NCBI GenBank assembly: GCA_020343435.1
Contig: CP070794.1
Coordinates: 126,413-190,412 of the forward strand
Direction of reading: 5' to 3'
DNA length: 64,000 bases
DNA from: an archaeon
Lineage (GTDB): Archaea > Nanobdellota > Nanobdellia > Pacearchaeales > UBA284
Position 1 is the stretch's first letter. Every line of letters begins with the position of its first letter. The position numbers and the translations under genes were made by a program. Below are positions 55,115 through 63,064 of the stretch, in pieces. The notes beneath the pieces are model-generated. The model saw only the letters and a program-made list of their open reading frames with translations, had not been told where the DNA came from and did no database searches.

Positions 55115-55794
55115 GGTCTTCTTTTCTTAACATGTTTGTAGATCTGCTCAGCTTCTGAAGCTTCTTGGATCTTCTGATGTTTTAACAACTTCTTTTTTTC
55201 TTCTTCAAGTTGACCAACAACAGTATTTGTTGCTGCTTTTTTAACTAACTTAGCAACCTTATCTAATTCTTTTTTATCTGCTTTTTTTCTTTCCCAACCT
55301 ATTGCAACATTGTCTCCTTCATATCTTGGGATTACATTAATAAAAAAATGATCAACATTTTGTCCTGCTAACTGTCCTTGTGGTAAATAAATACTCAAAC
55401 CCTTTGCCTTCAAAACATCAACTAAAGCAGGACTAAGAACTTTGACAAAATTCATAATTTTATTTAACAAAGGATTATCTACTTCTTGGATAAAATGAAT
55501 ATGTTTTTTTGGAAAAACAATAATATGTCCTCTAGAAGCAGGCATGATATCTAGAATTGCTAAGATATCCTTATCTTCAAATATCTTTATAGTATCTATT
55601 TCTCCTTTTACAATCTTACAAAAAATACATTCTCCTCCTTGACCTTGCATTTGTTGAAGAAAAGATTCTAATTCTTTTGGAGAAGCTTTCTTAACTTGTT
55701 CCTTCAAATTTCCTATTTTATCTTTAGGTAAACTCTTTAATTGTTCCAAAATTTGTTCTCTTACTTGTTCGGCTTGTTCTTTTGTTAACGTCAT
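55111..55794 (-). CDS. HIT-family (histidine triad-like) nucleotide hydrolase/transferase with an N-terminal helical extension
   Basis: ..CIFCKIVKGEIDTIKIFEDKDILAILDIMPASRGHIIVFPKKH.. is a HIT N-terminal signature. The ..VDHFFINVIPR.. triad is degenerate. Confidence 0.55.
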   Translation of the reverse strand: MTLTKEQAEQVREQILEQLKSLPKDKIGNLKEQVKKASPKELESFLQQMQGQGGECIFCKIVKGEIDTIKIFEDKDILAILDIMPASRGHIIVFPKKHIHFIQEVDNPLLNKIMNFVKVLSPALVDVLKAKGLSIYLPQGQLAGQNVDHFFINVIPRYEGDNVAIGWERKKADKKELDKVAKLVKKAATNTVVGQLEEEKKKLLKHQKIQEASEAEQIYKHVKKRRP

Positions 55795-55865
55795 ATCCGA
55801 ATATGGTGTGGGATTTTAAATATCTTTTTGTTTACAATAATCCTTAAGTAATATTCTTATTTAAG

Positions 55866-56699
55866 GTGGGGATGAAGTATGAAAGGATTCTCTGGGTTGA
55901 TGATAATCCTGCAGACTGGGCTGGTTCTGTATTAAGAACCCTTTCAAAAAACCAAGAACTTATTAATAAATTTAGGTGGGAGGATTTAGAATCAAGAGTA
56001 ACTTGGGTTTATGACCCAGAAATGGCTGGAAGTTTAAACGCCACAGATTATGATCTAATTATTTTAGATGTGGATATGCCAGCAGATCATCCTGAGGGAG
56101 GAAAGGAACAACTAGATTGGTTAACCAAAGAAATGGGAAAAATTTTCTGTTCAACAGATTTAAGAGATCGGGATGCTGTTTGGAAAGTAATCTGTGGCAA
56201 AATTCATGAGGAATTTGGAAGAACTCTACAAATGTACCCCAACTGGGAAAACGGGGGCTCATTTTCTTATTATCTTGAGCACTTGGTGGGACATAAAGGA
56301 GATGTGGTATTCTTTTCTAACAATGACCTTGGAGGAGCAAGAGATGCATATGTAGTGGGAAGACCATTTTACTTCAAATGGCCAGAAGATACAGAGACAC
56401 TAAGAGGGAAAAAAGAAAAAGTGGAAAAAAGTTTACATGGACTAGAAAAGAGTGTGAAAGCAAATCGGTATTTGGTTTTAGATATCCTAAGAGCATTTCC
56501 AGATGTTAAACTAGTAAATGGAGAATGGGATTGGGGAGAATATCTTGAAGAGAGCAAAAGAAAAAAATCTCTTTCAGGAGATGAATGGGATGAGAGGGAT
56601 AGAAAAGCTCATGAACTAGCAGAAGCGATTCCAGTAAGAAAAGATTGGACATATGCTGGGAGTACAGAATTTGTTAGAGATCTCTTGTTAGCTGCCTAA
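55866..56699 (+). CDS. Receiver(CheY)-like domain protein with a Trp-rich C-terminal domain; compositionally atypical
   Basis: ..RILWVDDNP..(15 aa)..YDLIILDVDMP.. resembles the REC domain (DD...D). It is visibly GC-richer than its neighbours and Trp-rich. C-terminal domain unknown. Confidence 0.4.
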   Translation: MGMKYERILWVDDNPADWAGSVLRTLSKNQELINKFRWEDLESRVTWVYDPEMAGSLNATDYDLIILDVDMPADHPEGGKEQLDWLTKEMGKIFCSTDLRDRDAVWKVICGKIHEEFGRTLQMYPNWENGGSFSYYLEHLVGHKGDVVFFSNNDLGGARDAYVVGRPFYFKWPEDTETLRGKKEKVEKSLHGLEKSVKANRYLVLDILRAFPDVKLVNGEWDWGEYLEESKRKKSLSGDEWDERDRKAHELAEAIPVRKDWTYAGSTEFVRDLLLAA

Positions 56700-56701
56700 A
56701 A

Positions 56702-56974
56702 TTATCCTATTGCTCTCCTAAAATCAGTTACTTCTACAGATTCAACATGTTCTATTTCTCTTAAAGGAGCTTCTATTTTTTCCTGTTCCATCTCTTCAGG
56801 CCATGCAAAAAGAACCTCCAAGGATTTCAAACCAAAAGCAACAGGTTGAATATCATAAGAATGTATCTTTACATTTAAACCAGAAGCAATTTCTTCAACT
56901 TTTTTCTTAATTGCTTCCAAATCAACTTCAGGAGACTCAGGCATTATCTTTATCTTTAAAGCAGCAATTGCCAT
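56702..56974 (-). CDS. ef1b: Translation elongation factor aEF-1beta
   Basis: MAIAALKIKIMPESPEVDLEAIKKKVEE..YDIQPVAFGLKSLEV..VESVEVTDFRR matches aEF-1beta end to end. Start chosen at the internal ATG (56974), not the GTG at 57001. Confidence 0.85.
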   Translation of the reverse strand: MAIAALKIKIMPESPEVDLEAIKKKVEEIASGLNVKIHSYDIQPVAFGLKSLEVLFAWPEEMEQEKIEAPLREIEHVESVEVTDFRRAIG

Positions 56975-56975
56975 T

Positions 56976-57128
56976 TTATGGACCTTCAAAACCACAAGCA
57001 CAAGTATACTTAATATTTAATTTTCTACATTTGTTACATCTTGCTATTTTCTTATTACATTTAGGGCATTCAAAAATAACACTTTTATCATCTAAATCTG
57101 CTCCACAACTTGCACATTTTATCTTCAT
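56976..57128 (-). CDS. Zn-ribbon protein, COG2888-like (8 Cys; two zinc fingers), 50 aa
   Basis: MKIKCASCGADLDDKSVIFECPKCNKKIARCNKCRKLNIKYTCACGFEGP; the ..C.CGFEGP ending and EF-1beta adjacency are typical of COG2888. Not in the ORF track (under 60 aa). ATGA overlap with aIF2-alpha. Confidence 0.55.
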   Translation of the reverse strand: MKIKCASCGADLDDKSVIFECPKCNKKIARCNKCRKLNIKYTCACGFEGP

Positions 57129-57862
57129 TTTAAAACATTAAACTCACAATTGTTTTGTTTGGCTTTTTTTTGTAGTTCTTGGATTAAATTTTCAGTTTTT
57201 TTATTCCCTGATTTGTAATCTAAAGATTCTACAGTAAGAGTGTAATTTGGGGCACTTTTATAGCTTATGATTCCTTCTTTCACACTTAACACTTTTTTAA
57301 TCCTCTCCATTCCATCTGACTCAAAACACTTTAAACTTAGTTTAGTTTTAACATAGATCTTCTTAGTTTTTACTTTCTCTTTTATTTTTCCAATTAAAAC
57401 TATAGATTCTTTCTCAGTTAAACCTACTTCTTTTAGTAATTTTAAAGATTCTTTTTCTTTTTTAACAACTTCTTCAAAGAAATCAGAGATTCCATACTCT
57501 TTCAAACCTTCCATTATTTTTCCTATTTTATCTTGATCTTGGGTAGTAAGAGATAATAAAACACTTAATTCTTTTTCTTTTTTCTCAGATTCCATTGCTT
57601 GTTTCTTTTCTTTCTGAGAAACTCTTCTTAATGATAAGTCAACATGGCCTTTAACTGTATCTACTCTTAAAACTTTAACAGCTATTTTTTGTCCTGGTTT
57701 AACATAATTCCTAATATTCCTAATTCTTCCAGGAGCAATCTCACTAAAAGTAATTACCCCACTTAATGGAAAATCTTTCAATTTTATGAAAACACTAGCT
57801 ATCTTAATCTTGTCTACTGTTCCTAAAATGATCTTATTAACTTTTGGAAATTCTTTACTCAT
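57125..57862 (-). CDS. eif2a: Translation initiation factor aIF-2 alpha subunit
   Basis: N-terminal S1 domain (..GTVDKIKIASVFIKLKDF.LSGVITFSEIAPGRIRNIRNYVKPGQKIAVKVLRVD...HVDLSLRRV..), then helical and alpha-beta domains. 245 aa. Confidence 0.9.
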   Translation of the reverse strand: MSKEFPKVNKIILGTVDKIKIASVFIKLKDFPLSGVITFSEIAPGRIRNIRNYVKPGQKIAVKVLRVDTVKGHVDLSLRRVSQKEKKQAMESEKKEKELSVLLSLTTQDQDKIGKIMEGLKEYGISDFFEEVVKKEKESLKLLKEVGLTEKESIVLIGKIKEKVKTKKIYVKTKLSLKCFESDGMERIKKVLSVKEGIISYKSAPNYTLTVESLDYKSGNKKTENLIQELQKKAKQNNCEFNVLK

Positions 57863-58047
57863 TTCAAAACCTCCAGAACTTTTGCTCTTAACCTAGATTT
57901 GCCTCCTGTTGGTCTAGTTAAGGGGGCCTTACATTTTAAACAACTAACTTTGGTAGTTGCTTTTCCGAAAATCACTTGATCTTCTTCACATTTAGGACAT
58001 CTAACTCTAACAAATTTGCTCTTAGTTATTCTAATTTGTTTTGGCAT
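57859..58047 (-). CDS. rps27e: Ribosomal protein S27e
   Basis: ..FVRVRCPKCEEDQVIFGKATTKVSCLKCKAPLTRPTGGKSRL.. carries the eS27 C4 zinc-finger signature. It overlaps eif2a by 4 nt. Confidence 0.85.
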   Translation of the reverse strand: MPKQIRITKSKFVRVRCPKCEEDQVIFGKATTKVSCLKCKAPLTRPTGGKSRLRAKVLEVLK

Positions 58048-58088
58048 TTTATGATAAAAAGATCTTGCTTTTTAAAGCTTTTTAAGAC

Positions 58089-59489
58089 CTATATTTTGAT
58101 CTTAATTTCCTCTATTTGTAAGGCTTTTTGTAAAGAAGTTATAAATGTTTGTTCTTTGTTTTTAGAGATTAAAGCACCAGCAGCATTGACATGGCCTCCT
58201 GCTTCTCCATCTCCAATTTGTTTTACAACAGAATCTAGTAATTTATGCAGATTAACATTATTTATATTTCTTCCAGCAATTCTTGAAGAGACTTTTATTT
58301 TATCCCCTCTATAAGCCATGCCAACTAAGATTGTTCCATCAGGATTAACAGAAGAAGAGGCTAAAATACTTATCACAGTTCCTATTATTGTATCTTTAAT
58401 ATTGTCTTGAGCATTTACAATCATAAATCCTTCACTCTCTATTTTTTTAGTAGAATTAACAAAATTCAATCCACTAACTAGATGATGTTTATATTTATTA
58501 TAAACCATCTCAACTTTTTCTTTAGCAGTTCCTGAATTTAATAAAAAAGATAAAGCAATACTTGCATGTCCTAATCTTCCACAAGCATTCATCATTGCAC
58601 TAGCTTCTCTTGCATCATATAATCTTCCATATAATTTTAATAAATAAATAGTGCCAATAATATCTTTATCATCTTTATTTCTCCTTCTAAGCATAATCCC
58701 TGTGATTAATCTTGAAATTTCTTCTTTATTCAGATCTAATAATGTTCTAAATCCTCCCCTATTCTTATCCCTAATAGAAATATCTAATTCTCTTAAAAAA
58801 GCTAAAGCTCCTTGAGAAGAACCAGTCACTCCTGGAATAAAAATTGAAGATCCAAATTCTAAAGCTTTATTTAAGGCCCGAGTTGTAGAAAAGATATCTA
58901 ATCCTCTTTTAGCTTGCATTCCATGTTTTTTAGCATCTGCAATAACAGAATTATTAATCTTACTTATACTCTTATTCATAACATCTCCAACCATTCCTAA
59001 AACTGCTAATTGAGCAAGTTCTTCATTTTTTTTATCTAACTCTTTAACAAATTGATAAACAACTGTTGAAGCATTCACATTTTCCTCTTTACCTTCACTT
59101 ACTGGATTTACAAAGATAAAATTCTCACTCTGGACATCTTCTATGGCTCTTCCAACAATAAACTTCTCCTGTAATTCGTGGTGATCTAAGATTATGGTTT
59201 TTATATGCTCTGAGAATTTTGAGAGTTTTGCTAATTTTGTAGAGCCTAGATCTAAAAAGAATATGGCTTTCCATTTTTTAGTTTCAACTTCTTCATAAAG
59301 TTGATCGATATTATGATCCTCTAATTGTTTTAAACAGACAACGCAGAATTGTTGATCTAATTTTTTTAAAGCTTTAATTAAAACAGCTGCTGAAGTTAAG
59401 CCATCTGTATCTATATGGGTTACAACCTTTATCATACCCTCTCTTTCTAAGACTTCTTTGAATCTAGAAACTGCCTCCTTTATCTTCAT
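58089..59489 (-). CDS. RecJ-like DHH/DHHA1 phosphoesterase (archaeal GAN/RecJ/Cdc45-like)
   Basis: ..VVTHIDTDGLTSAAVL.. (motif I), ..IILDHHE.. (DHH), ..GGGHVNAAG.. (GGGH, DHHA1). 466 aa. Confidence 0.75.
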   Translation of the reverse strand: MKIKEAVSRFKEVLEREGMIKVVTHIDTDGLTSAAVLIKALKKLDQQFCVVCLKQLEDHNIDQLYEEVETKKWKAIFFLDLGSTKLAKLSKFSEHIKTIILDHHELQEKFIVGRAIEDVQSENFIFVNPVSEGKEENVNASTVVYQFVKELDKKNEELAQLAVLGMVGDVMNKSISKINNSVIADAKKHGMQAKRGLDIFSTTRALNKALEFGSSIFIPGVTGSSQGALAFLRELDISIRDKNRGGFRTLLDLNKEEISRLITGIMLRRRNKDDKDIIGTIYLLKLYGRLYDAREASAMMNACGRLGHASIALSFLLNSGTAKEKVEMVYNKYKHHLVSGLNFVNSTKKIESEGFMIVNAQDNIKDTIIGTVISILASSSVNPDGTILVGMAYRGDKIKVSSRIAGRNINNVNLHKLLDSVVKQIGDGEAGGHVNAAGALISKNKEQTFITSLQKALQIEEIKIKI

Positions 59490-59504
59490 TTTAAAAATAA
59501 AAGA

Positions 59505-59906
59505 CTATTTTTTATGATAGTCCCTGAGCCTTTTTATCTTAGCTTTAGTAAACTGAAATCCACGTTTTGCTGTTCTATCTTTCTTGTTCTTTTCTAAGTG
59601 TTTTCCTAATTTCTTTTCTCTTTCTTCTAGAATCTGTAAATCTTGTTGTTTAGCATTAATCTTATTTTCTTCTAAAATCTTAGTTATTTTCTTTCCTGTA
59701 AAGATTTTAATGTTGGGAATTCCATAATTGTCTCTTAACATTAATCCGATCTTAGCTGTAGTCTTTCCTTCTTTAGCTAAATTAACTATGATTGTTTCAG
59801 CTTCTTTAGGTTTCAACTTGGTCCAGTAAGGCTTTTCCTGTTTAGGAGGATGACTTCCTGATTTTCCTTTTCCATGTCCATATAATGTTGCCATTGTAGA
59901 GCTCAA
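59505..59906 (-). CDS. rps15: Ribosomal protein S15 (uS15; S13e type)
   Basis: ..YGHGKGKSGSHPP..WTKLKPKEAETIIVNLAKEG.T.AKIGLMLRDNYGIP.. and C-terminal ..LEKNKKDRTAKRGFQ...KIKRLRDYH. The true start is possibly the internal ATG (MATLYGHGKGKS). Confidence 0.85.
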   Translation of the reverse strand: MSSTMATLYGHGKGKSGSHPPKQEKPYWTKLKPKEAETIIVNLAKEGKTTAKIGLMLRDNYGIPNIKIFTGKKITKILEENKINAKQQDLQILEEREKKLGKHLEKNKKDRTAKRGFQFTKAKIKRLRDYHKK

Positions 59907-59943
59907 TCAAATTTTGTTTTTAAACATTTCGCAACAGAATTAA

Positions 59944-61020
59944 TCATATTTTCCAGGCCCCTTTATCCTGGACTACTTTCCTATCCAGAACTATCTTAGC
60001 TTTCTTCATATCTTTAACAATATCCCAATGAATAGCAGAATCATTACCTCCACCGTTTTCTTTGTAAGCCATTCCCAAAGCTAGGTGTATTGTTCCACCA
60101 ATTTTTTCGTCAAATAGTAAGTTTTTTGTGAATTTGTTTACTTTTGGATTGCAGCCTATTCCAAATTCTCCAACATAAGATGAATTTTTATCTGTTTTTA
60201 GCATTTCATGTAAGAAATCTTCATTTTTTGTTGATTTAGCTTCAATTACTTTACCATCTTTGAACTTTAATTCAATATCTGTTACTTCTTTTCCTGCTTT
60301 AATTGCAGGATAATCAAACTTAATCCAACCATTTAGGGATGTTCTTATGGGGGCCATGAAAACTTCTCCACCAGGCATGTTTTCTTCTCCTTTATCTGCT
60401 ACTGCATTTTTACCCTTAATTGAGAATTTTAAATCAACATTCTCCCCAATTAAATGAACTTGTTTTCCTTTCTCAAATTTGTTTTTAATCTTATCTAATT
60501 GCTTTCCTAGTTTTTTCCAATCTTGTAAACATGAAGAATAAACAAAATGTTCATACTCTAATAAAGACATTTCAGCTTCTTGTGCTAAAGCAATGCAGGG
60601 AAACCCAACAGTGCATCTTAAGATTTTATCTTTTTCATTTACAACATAATCTGAGATTGGTTGTGTTACTTTCTGTCTTATTGCAATTTTTTTAGGATTT
60701 GCACTTGATAATTCTCTTGTATTACTTTCAGTATCTATTCCAATGTATTTTTGAGCTTTTTTAACTGTGAAATCAAAAGTTTCTGGGAATTTTTTTAATT
60801 GATGTTCTTGAGCATATTTGTAATAAAATGGCGCTAAACCAGGGATACTAACTCTTAGAATTGGATGTGCTCCTTTAAGAATAATTTCCTTGTATAATGC
60901 TTCAACAAATTCTTTAGCTTCTGTACTTCCTGAAATAATAACATTTTCTCCTTTTTTGACCATAACAGAATAATTAACTACAAGTTTTGCAAGTCTTTGT
61001 GTTCTCAAATCTACTGGCAT
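59944..61020 (-). CDS. M29-family aminopeptidase (AmpS/aminopeptidase T-like)
   Basis: ..NMPGGEVFMAPI.., ..VGEFGIGCNPK.., ..LFDEKIGGTIHLALGMAY..GGGNDSAIHWDIV.. match the M29 signature blocks. Confidence 0.8.
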   Translation of the reverse strand: MPVDLRTQRLAKLVVNYSVMVKKGENVIISGSTEAKEFVEALYKEIILKGAHPILRVSIPGLAPFYYKYAQEHQLKKFPETFDFTVKKAQKYIGIDTESNTRELSSANPKKIAIRQKVTQPISDYVVNEKDKILRCTVGFPCIALAQEAEMSLLEYEHFVYSSCLQDWKKLGKQLDKIKNKFEKGKQVHLIGENVDLKFSIKGKNAVADKGEENMPGGEVFMAPIRTSLNGWIKFDYPAIKAGKEVTDIELKFKDGKVIEAKSTKNEDFLHEMLKTDKNSSYVGEFGIGCNPKVNKFTKNLLFDEKIGGTIHLALGMAYKENGGGNDSAIHWDIVKDMKKAKIVLDRKVVQDKGAWKI

Positions 61021-61095
61021 TTTTAATTTTCTCAGAAACAGTCTGAGGTCTGACCACCTCTTATTATAATCAGAAAAACTAATTTAAATAATTAA

Positions 61096-61843
61096 CTATC
61101 TTTTAGAACATACAAAGATAACAGAATATAAATCAAAAGTTGTTGGTCCATTGCCAAAACGTTTTTTTAAGTAATCATCCATTTGGTCTTTTATTTTTTT
61201 ACTAATTTTATTTTGATCTATATCAAAGATAAGTTCTACCATAGACAAAAATCCTTTTTTATTGGGAGTCCTGATATGGGTTTTTAATTTGAGTTTCTTG
61301 AATTTAAACCCAGATCTCCTAAGAAATCCTGGAAAAGTATTATAAACGCAGGGGTCTAATTTATCAAAAAGCATTTTTTTGAACTTGATATAAAATTTTC
61401 CATAACTACCCTTATCAGGCATATTAGATATGAGTAATAATTTCCCTCCCGGTTTTAACATAGATTTTATACGTTTCAATTGAAAAACTGGATTCTTAAA
61501 ATAATGGATAACATAAGAGGCTAAAACAAAATCAAATTTTTTAGGGGTGTTAAAATTCTCAAAATTTTTGTTTATTAACGAAAATTTCTTACCAGAACAC
61601 TTACTATTGATCTTATCAAAGAGTTTTTTAGATGGCTCTACAGCAACTATGTTTTTAAAAAAACCCTGAAAACTTTTTAGTGAAAACCCCATCTCCAGCA
61701 CCCACATCCAATAAAGATTCCCTGGGGGTAGAAAAAATTCTTTTAATTTTCTTTTCCAATAACCTTTTTTCATTAGACCATCTCAGAAAGTTTTCAAACG
61801 CTCTACTCTTAGAACTATAACTTACTTGATCTCTTTTCCTCAT
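61096..61843 (-). pseudogene. Class I SAM-dependent methyltransferase interrupted by a +1/-1 frameshift in an A7/T7 homopolymer (61657-61663)
   Basis: ORF 61655..61843 ends ..LLDVGAGDGVFTKKFSGFF* (motif I). ORF 61096..61773 continues in another frame with ..SFQGFFKNIVAVEPSKKL..(post-I)..DFVLASYVIHYF..LKPGGKLLL. Deleting one T from GGGTTTTTTTAAAAAC joins them into one roughly 249-aa MTase. Confidence 0.6.
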
Positions 61844-61853
61844 TTTTTAACTA

Positions 61854-61926
61854 TAGCCCCGCCAGGATTCGAACCTGGGTCCCTAGCTCCAAAGGCTAGT
61901 ATACTTGACCACTGTACTACGGGGCT
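61854..61926 (-). tRNA. tRNA-Gln (TTG)
   Basis: Reverse complement AGCCCCGTAGTACAGTGGTCAAGTATACTAGCCTTTGGAGCTAGGGACCCAGGTTCGAATCCTGGCGGGGCTA. Anticodon stem CTAGC/GCTAG, loop CTTTGGA, T-loop TTCGAAT. Confidence 0.85.
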
Positions 61927-61980
61927 ATGAAAATATTATGTCAATAACGTTTTTAAAACCTTTTTGTCTAGAATATTCAT

Positions 61981-62054
61981 GCCTGCGTAGCTCAGCTGGC
62001 TAGAGCGGCTGCCTTGTAAGCAGTAGGTCGGGAGTTCGAATCTCTCCGCAGGCT
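61981..62054 (+). tRNA. tRNA-Thr (TGT)
   Basis: GCCTGCGTAGCTCAGCTGGCTAGAGCGGCTGCCTTGTAAGCAGTAGGTCGGGAGTTCGAATCTCTCCGCAGGCT. Acceptor GCCTGCG/CGCAGGC, D-arm GCTC..GAGC, anticodon loop CTTGTAA. Confidence 0.85.
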
Positions 62055-62059
62055 TTTTT

Positions 62060-62497
62060 ATGATGAAAGTTCTATATCATGGGAGCCCAAGGAAATTGGT
62101 TGGAAATAAACTTATACCCAAGAAAGCGAAAGATATGGATAAGAGAAGAAAACACAATCTTCTCAAAGGAATCTATGCTTCAAGTTTTAGATATGTTGCA
62201 ATTGCAATGGCTATAATTTCTTGTAGTGGGGTGAATGCTTCTTCATTAAATCCGATTAAAGGAAAATCTATAGGAGTGATCTATAAAGGATGGCCAAAAA
62301 ACAAGTATGTTTATCTACACACTCTACCTAAAAAAACTTTTAAGAATATCCCAAAAGGAACAGCACAATTTGTTTCATTTAAACCAGTAAAACCAATTAA
62401 AACAGAAAGAATAAAGATCTCGGACTATCTTCATTTAGTAAGAAAGGCTACAAAAGAAGAAAAAAAGAAATGGAGACAAAAATACGGTAAAATTTAA
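62060..62497 (+). CDS. Hypothetical basic protein with PARP-like ADP-ribosyltransferase motifs at its N-terminus (LYHGS ... KGIYAS)
   Basis: MMKVLYHGSPRKL..(25 aa)..LLKGIYASSF resembles the H-G-S and G-I-Y-[FA] motifs of PARP-type ART folds. The rest is Lys-rich. No catalytic Glu assigned. Starts 6 nt after tRNA-Thr. Confidence 0.3.
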   Translation: MMKVLYHGSPRKLVGNKLIPKKAKDMDKRRKHNLLKGIYASSFRYVAIAMAIISCSGVNASSLNPIKGKSIGVIYKGWPKNKYVYLHTLPKKTFKNIPKGTAQFVSFKPVKPIKTERIKISDYLHLVRKATKEEKKKWRQKYGKI

Positions 62498-62521
62498 AAG
62501 ATTCTTCCTCTTAGAAAAAAC

Positions 62522-62905
62522 ATGATAAACATATATGAAATTCCAAAAGATAAGCTTCAAACAGTAAAGAAAATCTTAGAAGCTCAAGATCAAGCAGGAG
62601 AAGATCTAGATTTTGAAATAGAAAAAGAAGCTGGAAAAGGAAAGATGGCTAAAGCTAAATCCTGGAATATTAATGAATTTAGAAAGCAAGGATATGCTCT
62701 ACGAGATTCTAAAGCTCTCAATTTAGAAGGAGATTCTTCTTATCTTTATATAAAAGGAGATGAATCCTTTTTTGAAAGAAATGAAAAGAAATTAACTGAA
62801 GCTGGAGCTAAGAAAATAGAAGGGGAGACTTATGAAAAAGTTAAAGAAAAAGTAGAAGAACAAGAGAATTCAGCAGCTTCAGGATTTGGTTCTATTTTTA
62901 GTTAA
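62522..62905 (+). CDS. Hypothetical acidic cytoplasmic protein (127 aa)
   Basis: ORF with a plausible RBS context; no recognisable family. Confidence 0.3.
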   Translation: MINIYEIPKDKLQTVKKILEAQDQAGEDLDFEIEKEAGKGKMAKAKSWNINEFRKQGYALRDSKALNLEGDSSYLYIKGDESFFERNEKKLTEAGAKKIEGETYEKVKEKVEEQENSAASGFGSIFS

Positions 62906-62945
62906 TTAGTAAAGAATAAAAACCTTGCATAATTCCTAGAATTAA

Positions 62946-63018
62946 GGGCCTGTGGTCTAGTGGTTATGACGTCCGCTTGACGTGCGGGAGGTCCCAGGTT
63001 CGAGCCCTGGCAGGCCCA
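62946..63018 (+). tRNA. tRNA-Val (GAC)
   Basis: GGGCCTGTGGTCTAGTGGTTATGACGTCCGCTTGACGTGCGGGAGGTCCCAGGTTCGAGCCCTGGCAGGCCCA. Acceptor GGGCCTG/CAGGCCC, anticodon stem TCCGC/GCGGG, loop TTGACGT, T-loop TTCGAGC. Confidence 0.85.
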
Positions 63019-63064
63019 TTTCTTCTAAAACAAAATCTTTTTAAATGGTATTAACTACTTTAAA

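Noticed and set aside
56976-57128. Zn-ribbon ORF as Nop10 (because it follows aIF2alpha as Nop10 does in many archaea)
   Set aside because: It has eight Cys in two CxxC pairs and a C..CGFEGP ending, and it lacks the conserved Nop10 C-terminal PPRFSPEDKY segment. It fits the EF-1beta-linked COG2888 ribbon instead.
61655-61843. Two genuinely overlapping short genes at the MTase locus
   Set aside because: The ORFs carry consecutive methyltransferase motifs in the correct order. They are joined by a single-base change in an A7 tract, so a frameshift is the simpler explanation.
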